Assembly (NCBI GenBank): GCA_963793305.1
Contig: CAWBZV010000005.1
Location: 800,001-864,000, forward strand
Reading direction: 5' to 3'
Source: an uncultured Gemmatimonadales bacterium
GTDB lineage: Bacteria; Gemmatimonadota; Gemmatimonadetes; Gemmatimonadales; Gemmatimonadaceae
Length of the DNA: 64,000 nucleotides
Below are positions 17,795 to 28,361 of this stretch, in pieces (position 1 is the first letter of the stretch; each line of letters starts with the position of its first letter). The notes beneath the pieces are model-generated. The model was not told the origin of the DNA, made no database searches, and saw only the letters and a list, made by a program, of their open reading frames with translations. A program made the translations under genes and the position numbers.

Positions 17795-20700
17795 ATGTCG
17801 ATCCGGCCGCAGGTGCGTATCGGACTCGTGGTGTTGATCGCGCTCGCCTCGCACGCCGTGGAGGCACAGGACGTGACCCCTCACGTGCTGGCAACCGCCG
17901 ACCGTGACCGATGGGTTCCCGCCACGGCGAGCACGGTGGCTCCCATGCAGCGCCCGATCGCGGTCGATTTCCGCCAAACCCCGTTGGCGGAAGCGTTGCG
18001 AACCATCGCGCAACAGGCAGGGCTCGAGATCGGATTCGGCGGGGAGGTCGAGCGCCTCAAGACGTCCGTGTCGCTCCACGTCGACGCAATGTCCGTGGGC
18101 AGCATACTGGGTCACGTGCTGATGGGGACGGGACTCACGGCCTATGCGTCCATCGACGGGACGCAGATCCTTGTCCGACGTCCCTTTGCCGCGGAGGAGA
18201 ACCAGGCGAAGCAGGACGCTCGCATAGCCGGGCGGGTCGTCGACTTTGCGAGCCACCAACCGCTGGTCGGTGCGGCCGTTACGGTGACCGGCACGACGAT
18301 TGGGGTCAGCACAACGGACAGCGGCACGTTCAGTGTGCCGCTGCCTGCTGATGCGAAATCGCTTTCGGTCCGTCGCATCGGCTATCTGCCCCAGACGGTA
18401 CCACTCGTTGCCGGCCAGACCGATTACACGGTTGCGCTGCATCAGGATGTCCTCCATCTCGAGGCCCAGGTTGTGACCGGCGTGGCGACCACGGTCTCGT
18501 CGCAGAATGCGGCGAACGCGATCAGCGTGGTGGACGGGCAGCAGCTGAACGACGTGCCGACGCCGACGCTCGAGAATGCCCTGCAGGGACAGATTCCAGG
18601 GGCGTTGGTTTCACAAAACAACGGCGGTGCGCCGGGCGGCGGCCTGCAGGTGCAGATTCGTGGCATCACCACGCTGTACGCGAACGGCTCACCACTCTAC
18701 GTCGTCGATGGCGTGATCGTGGACAATGAGACCGTCTTTAGCGGGACCGGCGCGATCACCTATGCGGTGCACAGCGTTGCGGCGAGCAACCAGGACAACG
18801 GGCCGAATCGCATTGCGGATCTCAATCCCGAGGACATTGAGAGCATTGAGGTCCTGAAGGGCGCGTCGGCGTCGGCGATCTATGGGTCCAAAGCGTCGGC
18901 TGGTGTCATCATCATCACGACGAAACGCGGCAAGGCAGGCAAGGCCGCGTGGAGCGTGTCCCAAAAGGTCGGGCACTTTTCCGATGCGCGGATGTTCAAC
19001 CTCCGCACGTTCCCAACGCTGGCGAGCGCCCAGGCGTGGTACGACAACGATGTCATGGGCATCTATGACGCCAAAACGCACACCGACACTGGCGCGGCAC
19101 TCGGCGCTGACAACGCCTACATCGCCAGCATCTACGCCGGTCCGCAGAATTTTCAGAGCCAGCTCTTCGGCAACAAGCAACTGTCGTACGAGACTGACCT
19201 GAGCGTGAGCGGGACCCAGGGTGGGACGGAGTACTTTCTGTCCGGCCTCACCAAGTACGACAACGGTACCCTGATCAACACCGGGTACAACAAGCAGTCG
19301 ATCCGGTCGAACATCACCCAGCAGTTCTCGAGCCGAGTCTCCGCGACGGCGAATCTGTTTTACGCCAATGACGTGGCACGGCGTGGCATTACCGGTGATG
19401 ACGCCGATGGCATTAGCCCCACCGATGTCCTGTCGTACACGCCACAATTCGTGAATCTCGATCATCGGAACGCCAATGGGGTGTGGGCGACCAACCCCTT
19501 CGGTCCTGCCAACGCGTTCGCCGATGCCGCCGAGATCAGCACGCCAGAGGCGACGCAGCGCTTCATCGGCGGCGGGACGATCGATCTGATGCCCTTCAGT
19601 ACGTTGCATCAGACGCTGCGGGTACAGCTGATCGGGGGCGCTGACATCGCGCACGTCCTGGATGCGCTGTACGCGCCATCGGATCTCCAGATCGAGCAGG
19701 ACCAATCGCTCCCTGGCGTGGCAACGACACAGACGTCCGATATCCAGTACCTGAATTACTCCATCAATATCATCCACCACTACACGGGCCTGTCGTGGCT
19801 CGACGCGACAACATCCGCCGGCTTCGCCGGCGAGAAACGCAGCCTCGTCAACACGGAGACCGTGTCGCAGAATGTGTTGTCGGGGCTCGACAACCCTGCG
19901 TCGGGCACCGTCCAGACCAACTTCTACAATCGGACTGGTCAGCGTGACCAGTCGTGGTATGCCCAGGAGCAGTTGCTCCTTCTCGACCAGCGGCTCTCGC
20001 TGACGGGAGGCGTGACGGCCGAGCAGTCGACGAACGATGGGAGCGTTGGCCAGTTCTACGCCTACCCGCGCTACTCAGCGTCGTACCGCATTCCGCGGTT
20101 GGCCGGGTTTGTTGACGAGCTCAAGGTCCGCGCGGCGTACGGGGAATCCGGCACCCAACCGGTGTATGGTGTACGGTACAGCCCACTCGGTACCAACGTC
20201 GCCGGCGGCCAGCCCGGCCTCACGGGCGACAGCATTCTGGGTGCGGCCAATGTGCGCCCGGAGACGGAGCAAGAGATAGAACTCGGACTTGATGCAACCC
20301 TGCTCCACGCCCGCGCACAGTTCAGCGCGACCGTCTACCAAAAGCGCATTACGAACCTGCTGCTCCAGGCGGGAGTGAATCCATCACGCGGCTATGGCGA
20401 GGAGTGGATCAACGGCGGCGAGTTCACGAATCAAGGGATCGAGCTTTCCCTGCAGGCCACGCCAGTCCAAATCAAGAACGGGCTCACGTGGTTCACCTCG
20501 ACCAGCTTCGCTCGCAACTATAGCGTCGTGAATTCGCTCCCGGTGGCGCCGTTCTACGACTACGATGGCTCGTGGATTCAGGTCGGTCGTTCCGTGTCGG
20601 ACATTGTCAACTCATCGGTGATTGACAAGAACGGCGCACCTCAGCAGGTGGGTGATGGTGAACCGGCGTACACCATGAACTTCAATAACTCGCTCACGTA

Positions 20701-21124
20701 CGGACCCTTTCGGATCGCCGGGCTCGTCGAGTGGAGCCGGGGCGCCAGTGTACAGAACTACGACGACTATCAATTCTATTTCAGCACGTTGTACGGGGAT
20801 TCGGTGCATGCGGCCAAGGGGCTTCAGGGACTCTTGGCGGGCCAGCTGCCGCTCGTACAACCGGGTGACTATGTGAAACTTCGCTCGGCCAGCGTGAGCT
20901 ACCAGCTTCCGGCCGTGTGGACGAAGGTGCTGAGCGGAGGACGCATCACTAGCGCTCGGTTGTCACTCGAAGGCCGAAATCTCCTTTACTGGTTCAGTCC
21001 CAAGTTCACCGGGCTGGACCCGGAGACCAACTTCTACGGCGCCGCGAACACGACGCGTGGGATTGAGCTCTTCCCATACCCATCATCCCGCAGCTACTTC
21101 CTCGCTCTGGACCTCGGACTCTAG
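17795..21124 (+). CDS. susC: SusC/RagA TonB-linked outer membrane receptor with N-terminal STN domain
   Basis: PLYVVDG, DLNPEDIESIEVLKGASASAIYGSKASAGVIIITTK plug motif; C-terminal YPSSRSYFLALDLGL. Confidence 0.92.
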   Translation: MSIRPQVRIGLVVLIALASHAVEAQDVTPHVLATADRDRWVPATASTVAPMQRPIAVDFRQTPLAEALRTIAQQAGLEIGFGGEVERLKTSVSLHVDAMSVGSILGHVLMGTGLTAYASIDGTQILVRRPFAAEENQAKQDARIAGRVVDFASHQPLVGAAVTVTGTTIGVSTTDSGTFSVPLPADAKSLSVRRIGYLPQTVPLVAGQTDYTVALHQDVLHLEAQVVTGVATTVSSQNAANAISVVDGQQLNDVPTPTLENALQGQIPGALVSQNNGGAPGGGLQVQIRGITTLYANGSPLYVVDGVIVDNETVFSGTGAITYAVHSVAASNQDNGPNRIADLNPEDIESIEVLKGASASAIYGSKASAGVIIITTKRGKAGKAAWSVSQKVGHFSDARMFNLRTFPTLASAQAWYDNDVMGIYDAKTHTDTGAALGADNAYIASIYAGPQNFQSQLFGNKQLSYETDLSVSGTQGGTEYFLSGLTKYDNGTLINTGYNKQSIRSNITQQFSSRVSATANLFYANDVARRGITGDDADGISPTDVLSYTPQFVNLDHRNANGVWATNPFGPANAFADAAEISTPEATQRFIGGGTIDLMPFSTLHQTLRVQLIGGADIAHVLDALYAPSDLQIEQDQSLPGVATTQTSDIQYLNYSINIIHHYTGLSWLDATTSAGFAGEKRSLVNTETVSQNVLSGLDNPASGTVQTNFYNRTGQRDQSWYAQEQLLLLDQRLSLTGGVTAEQSTNDGSVGQFYAYPRYSASYRIPRLAGFVDELKVRAAYGESGTQPVYGVRYSPLGTNVAGGQPGLTGDSILGAANVRPETEQEIELGLDATLLHARAQFSATVYQKRITNLLLQAGVNPSRGYGEEWINGGEFTNQGIELSLQATPVQIKNGLTWFTSTSFARNYSVVNSLPVAPFYDYDGSWIQVGRSVSDIVNSSVIDKNGAPQQVGDGEPAYTMNFNNSLTYGPFRIAGLVEWSRGASVQNYDDYQFYFSTLYGDSVHAAKGLQGLLAGQLPLVQPGDYVKLRSASVSYQLPAVWTKVLSGGRITSARLSLEGRNLLYWFSPKFTGLDPETNFYGAANTTRGIELFPYPSSRSYFLALDLGL

Positions 21125-21125
21125 C

Positions 21126-22641
21126 GTGCGTGCAACAGTGTTTGGAAAAGCGTTGGTGAGCAGCGTGGCACTCGTCGCGCTGACGGCCTGCAAGGATAGT
21201 GTCGTGCCGTACTTCGACGCACCCACGGCTGTGCCAACAACCGTGACGGGTGTCCAAAACGCGGTGACCGGCCTGCTCGGCGCGACGCGGGGTGATCAGT
21301 GGAACTATCTGCTATTCACCACATCGTTCGCCCGCGATTTCTTTGAGCTCAACGAAGGCGAGCTTCCGGCCGTGCAGCTCGCGAGCGGCATCGAGCCGTC
21401 GCTGCCCGACGCGAGCACCTGGGCGTGGAGCCAAGAGTACGTCGACATCAAAGAGGCCAATCAGATCATGGCGACGGTGCGGACGTCGGCCGTCTATAGC
21501 CCGGCGCAGAGCGCAGCCGTGATCGGCGTGGTGCAAACGATCAAGGCCCTCAACTTCATGTATTTGGCCGAGACGCGGGATTCGCTCGGGATTCCGCTGT
21601 ACGCAGTCGATAGCAACCCAATCGACCCACCCTACTGCAACAAGGACGTTCTGGCAATACATCGTGGCGCTGCTCGACTCGGCAGAGGCCGAGCTCAGCG
21701 TGGCGGGTCCGATCCCGTTACCAGTGATCCTCCAGCCTGGCTTCGCGTCCGTCAGTCAGGCCGCGGCGCCGAGCACCGTACAGGGTGCGTTCGCCGCGTT
21801 CAATCGCGCGCTCGCCGGCAAGGCGGGGCTCGAATACGCGTACGCGATCGCCCGGAACGCTCCCGCGACGCACCCAACGCCATCGAGCCCGGGCGCGCCG
21901 GACCGCACCGCCTTGCAACGCGCGGACAGCGCGCTCACGGCATCGGCGCTCTACAACCCCTCCGTGATCGCACCGCCAGTCGCTGGCAGCTTCGTCCTCG
22001 ACCCATACGGCGTGTACCACGACTTCAGCGGGCAATCCGGGGATGCGCAAAACCCGATTGTGTCCATCGGATTCTACCTGTTTGATGCGCTGGACGACTT
22101 GTCGAATGATGTGGACACGGTCAACGACCTGCGGTGGCAGCGCAAGTTTGTCCTCGATCCACACGCGGCGCAGACATCGTACGGCGGCGTATCGAACGGA
22201 TATAACTTTTTGCCGTACGCCTCGGTGAGCAGCCCGGTCCCGATCGTGCGTGCCGAAGAATTGGCGTTGGTCCGCGCGCAAATCCAGCTCGGGTTAGGCA
22301 ACTTTGCCAATGCGATCACGCTCATCAACCAGGTCCACCAGCAGGCCGGTGGGTTTGCGACGGCGCTCTCGATCGCGCCGACGTACACCGCGGTTCGGGA
22401 TAGCTTGCTCAAGGAGCAGCGGATCTCGACCGTGCTGGAAGGCAGCGCCGACCGGGTCATCGCGCTTCGCATGTACCATCTGGAAGCGGTTGCCGACACC
22501 ACGTGGCAGGCCCATTCGGGTCCGGACGAGGCCGTGGACGCGACGCTCGGGTCGACCATGGACTACCATACCACCGTCATGTGGATCCCACAGCAGGAGA
22601 TCACATCACGCGGTGGGGCCTGGAAGCCCGTCTGCCCATGA
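21126..22641 (+). CDS. susD: SusD/RagB lipoprotein, +1 frameshift at ~21649
   Basis: Lipobox LTAC; PIVRAEELALVRA and LLKEQRIS...EG..R motifs; removing one T from GTTCTGG restores KDVWQYIVALL. Confidence 0.8.
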
Positions 22642-25232
22642 AGCGAATGCTGTGGGCCGTCGCATGGCTCGTGTCAGGCGCGTCCGCACCGAACAAGCGA
22701 ATGGTCGAATTCACGATCGAATCGCACAAAGCGTATCGCGATCCGTTCAATGATGTGGATGTGGATGTCATCTTCAGCCGGAACGGTGAGTCCTGGCGGA
22801 TTCCGGCATTCTGGCGAGGAGGAAGTCGCTGGACGGTTCGCTTCGCGCCCCCGGTCGCCGGGGAGTACACATACCGGCTGCAAGCCACTGATTCCCAGAA
22901 CCCGGATCTCAATGGCCATCCGGGTCAGGTGCTCGTGGCGGCATATGCGGGCGGCAGTCCTCTCCTCAAACACGGCACGCTGCGAGTCAGCCCTAACCAT
23001 CGGTACTTGGAACATGCCGATGGGACGCCGTTCTACTGGCTGGGCGATACGTGGTGGATGGGTGCCTCGGGCCGGCTCTCCTGGAGTGATTTCCAAACGC
23101 TGACCGCGGACCGCAAGGCCAAGGGCTTCACCGTCGTGCAAATGGCGGCGGGATTGGTGCCGTATGAAGAAGAGTGTCCGCAGGATCCAGGCTGCGGCAA
23201 CGAAGGCGGAGCCGTGTGGGGGCCAGGTTTTGTGCGCATCAATCCTGGATTCTTCGATGCGTTGGACCGGCGCATACAACTGCTGGTGGACGCGGGCATC
23301 GTGCCGGAAATCGAAGGCGCGTGGAACAGCTACCTAGGCGAAATGGGCGTGGCGAAAATGAAACAGCATTTTCGTTATCTCATCGCCCGTTATGGCGCGT
23401 ACCCGGTCGTGTGGAACCTATCCGATGATCTCGACGATGCGCCGGCCAGCATCGCCGCGCGTATTTCGCAAGCGTATCCGGGTGCGGTCACCGCGGGCTG
23501 GACCGAGATCGCGCGCTACATTCAGGCCACTGATCCGTATCACCATCTGCTCACGGTCAACGAGGGTTCCCCGCCGTTCGACAATCCTCTCCAGGAAGAC
23601 ACGATCACCGATTTTGATCAGGTGCAGCCGTCCCATACGGGCGCACCGAGCCTCAGTAATGAAGTGATGGAGCTCGATACGCACTATGCCCGTTCCGACC
23701 TGATCAAGCCCACGGTGGTCGGCGAGATCAACTACGAAGCGATCTATGGCCATAATGACGAAGAAATCGAACGGATGGGGTTTTGGCTGGCGATGTTGAA
23801 CGGGGCCGCCGGCTATACGTACGGTGCCGCGCCGACCTACGAGGTCAACAACCCGCTCGTGCCCTTGCATCGCCGGCAGTACACGTTCTTGACGTGGAAA
23901 GAGGGGATGAATTTTGCTGGCTCCTCCGACGTGAGTCTAGGCGCCAAGTTCCTCCAGCAGTTCCCATGGTGGCAAATGGCGCCGCATCCCGAATGGGTCA
24001 CGCCGGGTGGTACGACGTTGCTCGAGCCGCATCGAGGCAAAGCATTCGATCTCGATAACTTTGACTGGCATCTCCTGGAGAACCCCAATGGCACTCCGAC
24101 GGACGACGCGCTGCGCGCACCGGAAACGATCCTTCCGGGCGGCGCATGGAAAGCACGCGGCGGCACCTTTCGTCGTCCGTACGCCGCCGGCATCCCCGGA
24201 AAGCTCAGAATAATCTACACGTCGGGCTTTCCCGTCCCGCCCACCATCCTCGGTCTGGAGCAGGGCGTGCGCTATCGTGCCTACTACTGGGAGCCCACGC
24301 TGGGGATCAAGTTCGACCTGGGGAGTGTCGCGGTGCCAAAGCCAGGAGCGGTCGAGCTGCAGGAACGATTCGATGGGGCCGATACCGCGAGTTGGTCAGA
24401 GCGAGGTGTCGTCGAGGCTCGCCGCTGGGGTGGCACGTTGATCGCCGCGGGTGAGACGATGAGCATCGCCGACAAAGTCACACTGCGCGATGTCGTTGTC
24501 GGTGTTGACGCGCGGAGCGATGCCTCGGCCGGGTTGGTGTTGCGGTTCGAGGATTCCAGTAACTATGTGTCCGCGATATTCTCTGCCAAAGAGAAGGTCC
24601 TCTACTGGATGGTGCGAGCGAAAGGCATCAATGGCGGGAGATTGGGTGTGACGCCGGTCGCCTCGCTGGGGCCGAATGTGCATCTGAGTGCGGAGTCACG
24701 CGCGGAATGGGGGATGCTCGCGATCACAGATGGTCAACGAACGTACTCGACGCCGATCGTGGATATTGCAGGGCAAAGCCCACCGGCGGCACCATTCGTC
24801 GCGGATGTCAGCCAGATCAAAGCGGGCGCCGTCGGTCTCATGCATCCCGACAACGGTCCGTTCCAGCAGTTCGCTGACTTCGAGGTGCATCAAAGCCCTC
24901 CGATTCCTCCGGACACGAATCTCCAGAGAAAACTCTTCGATGCGCACGGGGTGTATCGCGGCGAGTTGAGCGGACCCGGGTGGGATGATTGGGGCAGGAA
25001 TAAGGCGATCCTCCTCAACGCGTATCGTCCAGAGCGCCTGCCCACGATTCAGGATTGGGTTCTCGTGCTCGAATGCAACATCAACTATGTCGGATGCCAA
25101 CAACCGCTGAGCACCGCAGGTCTACGTGGAACGAAAACTGAGCATCAGTCTGCTGGCACTAAGCCTTGTGCTCGTGTGCCCGAACACACTGCGCGCGCAA
25201 TCGATCGCGGCGGACAGCTTCGGGCCGATTGA
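22638..25232 (+). CDS. DUF5060 + DUF4038 (apiosidase/GH140-like) glycoside hydrolase
   Basis: FWRGGSRWTVRFAP, DGTPFYWLGDTWW, RYLIARYGAYPVVW, GAAGYTYGA; ATGA overlap with susD; true 3' end may be earlier. Confidence 0.8.
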   Translation: MKRMLWAVAWLVSGASAPNKRMVEFTIESHKAYRDPFNDVDVDVIFSRNGESWRIPAFWRGGSRWTVRFAPPVAGEYTYRLQATDSQNPDLNGHPGQVLVAAYAGGSPLLKHGTLRVSPNHRYLEHADGTPFYWLGDTWWMGASGRLSWSDFQTLTADRKAKGFTVVQMAAGLVPYEEECPQDPGCGNEGGAVWGPGFVRINPGFFDALDRRIQLLVDAGIVPEIEGAWNSYLGEMGVAKMKQHFRYLIARYGAYPVVWNLSDDLDDAPASIAARISQAYPGAVTAGWTEIARYIQATDPYHHLLTVNEGSPPFDNPLQEDTITDFDQVQPSHTGAPSLSNEVMELDTHYARSDLIKPTVVGEINYEAIYGHNDEEIERMGFWLAMLNGAAGYTYGAAPTYEVNNPLVPLHRRQYTFLTWKEGMNFAGSSDVSLGAKFLQQFPWWQMAPHPEWVTPGGTTLLEPHRGKAFDLDNFDWHLLENPNGTPTDDALRAPETILPGGAWKARGGTFRRPYAAGIPGKLRIIYTSGFPVPPTILGLEQGVRYRAYYWEPTLGIKFDLGSVAVPKPGAVELQERFDGADTASWSERGVVEARRWGGTLIAAGETMSIADKVTLRDVVVGVDARSDASAGLVLRFEDSSNYVSAIFSAKEKVLYWMVRAKGINGGRLGVTPVASLGPNVHLSAESRAEWGMLAITDGQRTYSTPIVDIAGQSPPAAPFVADVSQIKAGAVGLMHPDNGPFQQFADFEVHQSPPIPPDTNLQRKLFDAHGVYRGELSGPGWDDWGRNKAILLNAYRPERLPTIQDWVLVLECNINYVGCQQPLSTAGLRGTKTEHQSAGTKPCARVPEHTARAIDRGGQLRAD

Positions 25233-26393
25233 TTTCCCGCCGACCGCGGATGGGCGACTCGTTCTCGCCGTTGATTTCCATTCGCACACGGTCTTCTCTG
25301 ACGGCTTAGTCTGGCCCAGCATCCGGGTCGATGAGGCCGATCAGGAGGGATTGGCCGGCATAGCGATAACCGACCACCTCGAATGGCAACCCCACCGCGA
25401 CGACATTCCAAACCCCGACCGAAATCGCTCCTACGATTTGGCGGCGGCCGAAGCGAAAAGTTTTGGCCGAGAGTAGCCACCATCTGCCAATCATCGTGAT
25501 TAGAGGAACCGAAATCACTCGCGGTGTTCCTCCAGGCCACCTGAACGCTGTGTTTCTAAAAGACGTGAGCGCCCTGCTGGAGCCAAGTTACCCCGTCATG
25601 TCGAGGGACGAAGATGAGATCAAATGTGAGAGGTGAGGATACGCCCGATCATCGGCGCAGTTTCTATAATGCGGTGATGAAGGCCCATAACCAGGGCGGC
25701 TTCATCTTCCTGAACCACCCGTTCAATAACTTCGATGACAAGGGTGATTGGGACAAATTCAATCTGAGCTTGATCAAACAGGGCCTGACTGATGGAATCG
25801 AGGTCGCGAATGCGCAACTGTACGTTGAGGCCGCATTCCAACTTGCCTTGGACCAAAATCTCGCGATCATCGGTTCAGCGGACCTTCACGATGCGGCTGC
25901 CAGGTGGCCGTATGAGCTGGGCGAAGCTTCGCGAGTCAGTGCGAACAAGCGTGCGCACAGGACAGTCACCTTGGTGCTGGCTCAGAGTCGAGACGAGGCT
26001 GGCATTCATGACGCCCTGAACAAGCGGACGACGGTTGCGCTATTCAGTCAGCAAATATTTGGGCGCGAAGCCGACCTTGACGCGATTTTGGCGTCAACGC
26101 TGGGTTACCGTATCAGCCGTCCTGTCGGACCAAACGCCATTCCTCATAACATTGTTATCACGCTTCTCAATCGAAGCACCATCCCCTTCACTGTCCACTA
26201 CACCGGTGCGCGCGCACCGTCGACGGCCAGCCGTGACTGGGTCGTACCGCCAAAAGGCGAGACAGAAGTCGAATTCTGGCCGCCGGAGGTGGGCGCTGGC
26301 GCACTGGTCGAACCCATAACAGTGGAGGTGATGAATGCGTTTGTCGCGCCACAAAAGCACGCCGTGGTCACGCTGAGGCCGGCTTCTCCCTGA
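25126..26393 (+). CDS. PHP-domain (Sb-PDE-like) phosphodiesterase, two +1 frameshifts (~25460, ~25620)
   Basis: DFHSHTVFSDG, ITDH, GTEITR..PPGHLNAVF (in shifted frame), FLNHP, GSADLH. Confidence 0.75.
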
Positions 26394-26479
26394 CGAGTGT
26401 GTGGCGGCCGGCCAGCCACGTGGCGGCCATGATGAACAGCCGCTCATCGACTGGGGCGACGGTGGCAGTCCTTGCGACG

Positions 26480-26700
26480 TTGCGCGCTTCCGCCCCTCGC
26501 TCATGACCGCGAGGAGCGCGTCGTTTGTGGGCCGTTGATAGCAGGTGAGCAATGTCGCGGTGTTCTTCCATCCGCCCGCGGCCGCAATATGGTCGAGCGT
26601 CTGCAGGCCAGCTCGCTCTTCCGCCTTCTCGAGATACCAACCGATGAAGTCCGCCGCGATCTCGCGCCGGCGGTTCGAGCCTAGCACGTCGCGCGGGCTT
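26480..26700 (-). pseudogene. Tyrosine recombinase/integrase C-terminal remnant
   Basis: WYLEKAEERAGLQTLD-HIAAAGGWKNTATLLTCYQRP retains the GW...Y catalytic end; the HxxR box and N-terminus are absent. Confidence 0.6.
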
Positions 26701-27011
26701 CGACTTCCAGCCAATGTTCAATAGGTGTGGTCTCAGCCGCGATCGTGCTGCCGCAGTTGGGCCGCTCACCCTGTAGTGACCACTCCGCGGCGCCGCCCGT
26801 TCAATGACAACGGCATGATCGGTGGCACATGGTACACCAATTTTACATAGTGCCAGCTATGGCACGTAGGAGTGTGCATGCATTGAGCGCCCAATCACCG
26901 AATGCAATTGCAACCGGCGACGAGCTTGCCCGCGTCGGAGGGTTGCTGCAAACTGCGGGGATGCGTTGGACGATCGATCGTACGAAGCCCGTGGGAGAGC
27001 GCATTCGCGAC

Positions 27012-27977
27012 GTGCGGGCGGGCGGTCGCCGTCGCGTGACGCTGTTGGTTCTGCTATCGATGGGCGCGTGCAGCCGCACATCCAACCAAGTAGTCGCCGT
27101 GCAGAAGCCGGCATCGAGCACCACGGGGCCGATGGACTATACGCCACCCGCGGATTCCCTCATCCCGAACGATGCGCTCGGAGCATCAATCCGTCGTGGT
27201 CTCGCGTTGATCATTCATACCACCGACAGTTTGTCCGCGTACGCGCCGAGCACCTTGCAGTGCGCCAGCTGTCACATCGACGCCGGCCGGCGTCGCGACG
27301 CGGCGGGATTGCTCGGCGCGTACTCGCGCTTCCCCAAATATATGGACCGCTCTGGCGCGGTTGTTCCCGTCGAAGATCGGATCAACTATTGTTTTACACG
27401 CAGTCTCGCGGGGAGCAGAATTCCTAACGACAGTCGCGAGATGCAGGACATTGTCGCGTACGTGGCATATATCTCCCGCGGCGTGCCGGTGGGGCGCCAT
27501 GTGATCGGCGAAGGCATGCCCGCGATGCCCAAGCTCAGCGGGGATAGCGCTCGTGGATCGCTGATCTTCGCGCAAACCTGTGCCGTGTGCCACGGTCAGG
27601 GCGGACGAGGTAACCCACCGGCATTTCCGGCGCTGTGGGGACCGAGCTCCTTCAGCATTGGTGCGTCGATGGCCCGTCAGGAGCGGGCGGCTACCTTCAT
27701 CAAGCACTTCATGCCGCAAAACAATCCGGGCTCGCTCAACGATCAGCAGGCATACGACGTGGCCGCTTTTGTCGATTCCCACGCGCGGCCGGATTCGCCG
27801 GGTAAGGAAGGCGATTGGCCCTCGGGCGGAGCGCCGTACGACGTGCCGTACAACACGAAGGGACACGTCGCCTTCCGCCCGCCGTCCGCGAAGCTGTTTC
27901 CGCGCTCACACCCCGAACTGGGGCTTGTACCGCCGCCCCCCTCGGTCCTGAGGCCGTGGGTCTCGACGACGCGATGA
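27012..27977 (+). CDS. tsdA: Diheme cytochrome c, thiosulfate dehydrogenase TsdA-like
   Basis: CASCH and CAVCH; RINYCFTRSLAG (Cys ligand); PALWGPSSFSIGASMAR; FIKHFMP; start approximate. Confidence 0.75.
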   Translation: MRAGGRRRVTLLVLLSMGACSRTSNQVVAVQKPASSTTGPMDYTPPADSLIPNDALGASIRRGLALIIHTTDSLSAYAPSTLQCASCHIDAGRRRDAAGLLGAYSRFPKYMDRSGAVVPVEDRINYCFTRSLAGSRIPNDSREMQDIVAYVAYISRGVPVGRHVIGEGMPAMPKLSGDSARGSLIFAQTCAVCHGQGGRGNPPAFPALWGPSSFSIGASMARQERAATFIKHFMPQNNPGSLNDQQAYDVAAFVDSHARPDSPGKEGDWPSGGAPYDVPYNTKGHVAFRPPSAKLFPRSHPELGLVPPPPSVLRPWVSTTR

Positions 27978-28005
27978 ACGCAGATCTGCCCCCTCACTGG
28001 GGTTC

Positions 28006-28236
28006 ATGATGGCAGGCGAACGCGACGCTCGTGACACGGCATTGGCTCGGCGCGGTTTTCTTGGCAGACTCATTGCCGGGCGGCCAGCCTGGTAGCTGGC
28101 CAACCTCGGCTCGTACGACGAGATTCATGCCGCCATCCTCGCCAATCTCTTGCCAGGCGTCATCACGGTGCCCGCGATCAATGTGGCGCTGACGCAGTTG
28201 CAGGAGCATGGGGTGAAGTACGAAAAGGTCGAGTAA
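28006..28236 (+). pseudogene. Internally deleted Tat-exported DsrE-like protein
   Basis: MMAGERDARDTALARRGFLGRLIAG (Tat motif) then stop; in another frame ANLLPGVITVPAINVALTQLQEHGVKYEKVE-stop. Confidence 0.5.
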
Positions 28237-28361
28237 CACAGCGCCTTCGCACGATCGATGGGCCGCGCGCCTGGCGGCACCGTGAGTCTTACGTTGGCCG
28301 CGCACATAGGTGTAGACTACCACGCGTTGCCCAACCCCGGATTCGTAGCGGAGGACTCACA

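Noticed and set aside
25474..25476. Stop read-through in the PHP gene
   Set aside because: The conserved downstream motif is in the +1 frame, so this is a frameshift, not read-through.
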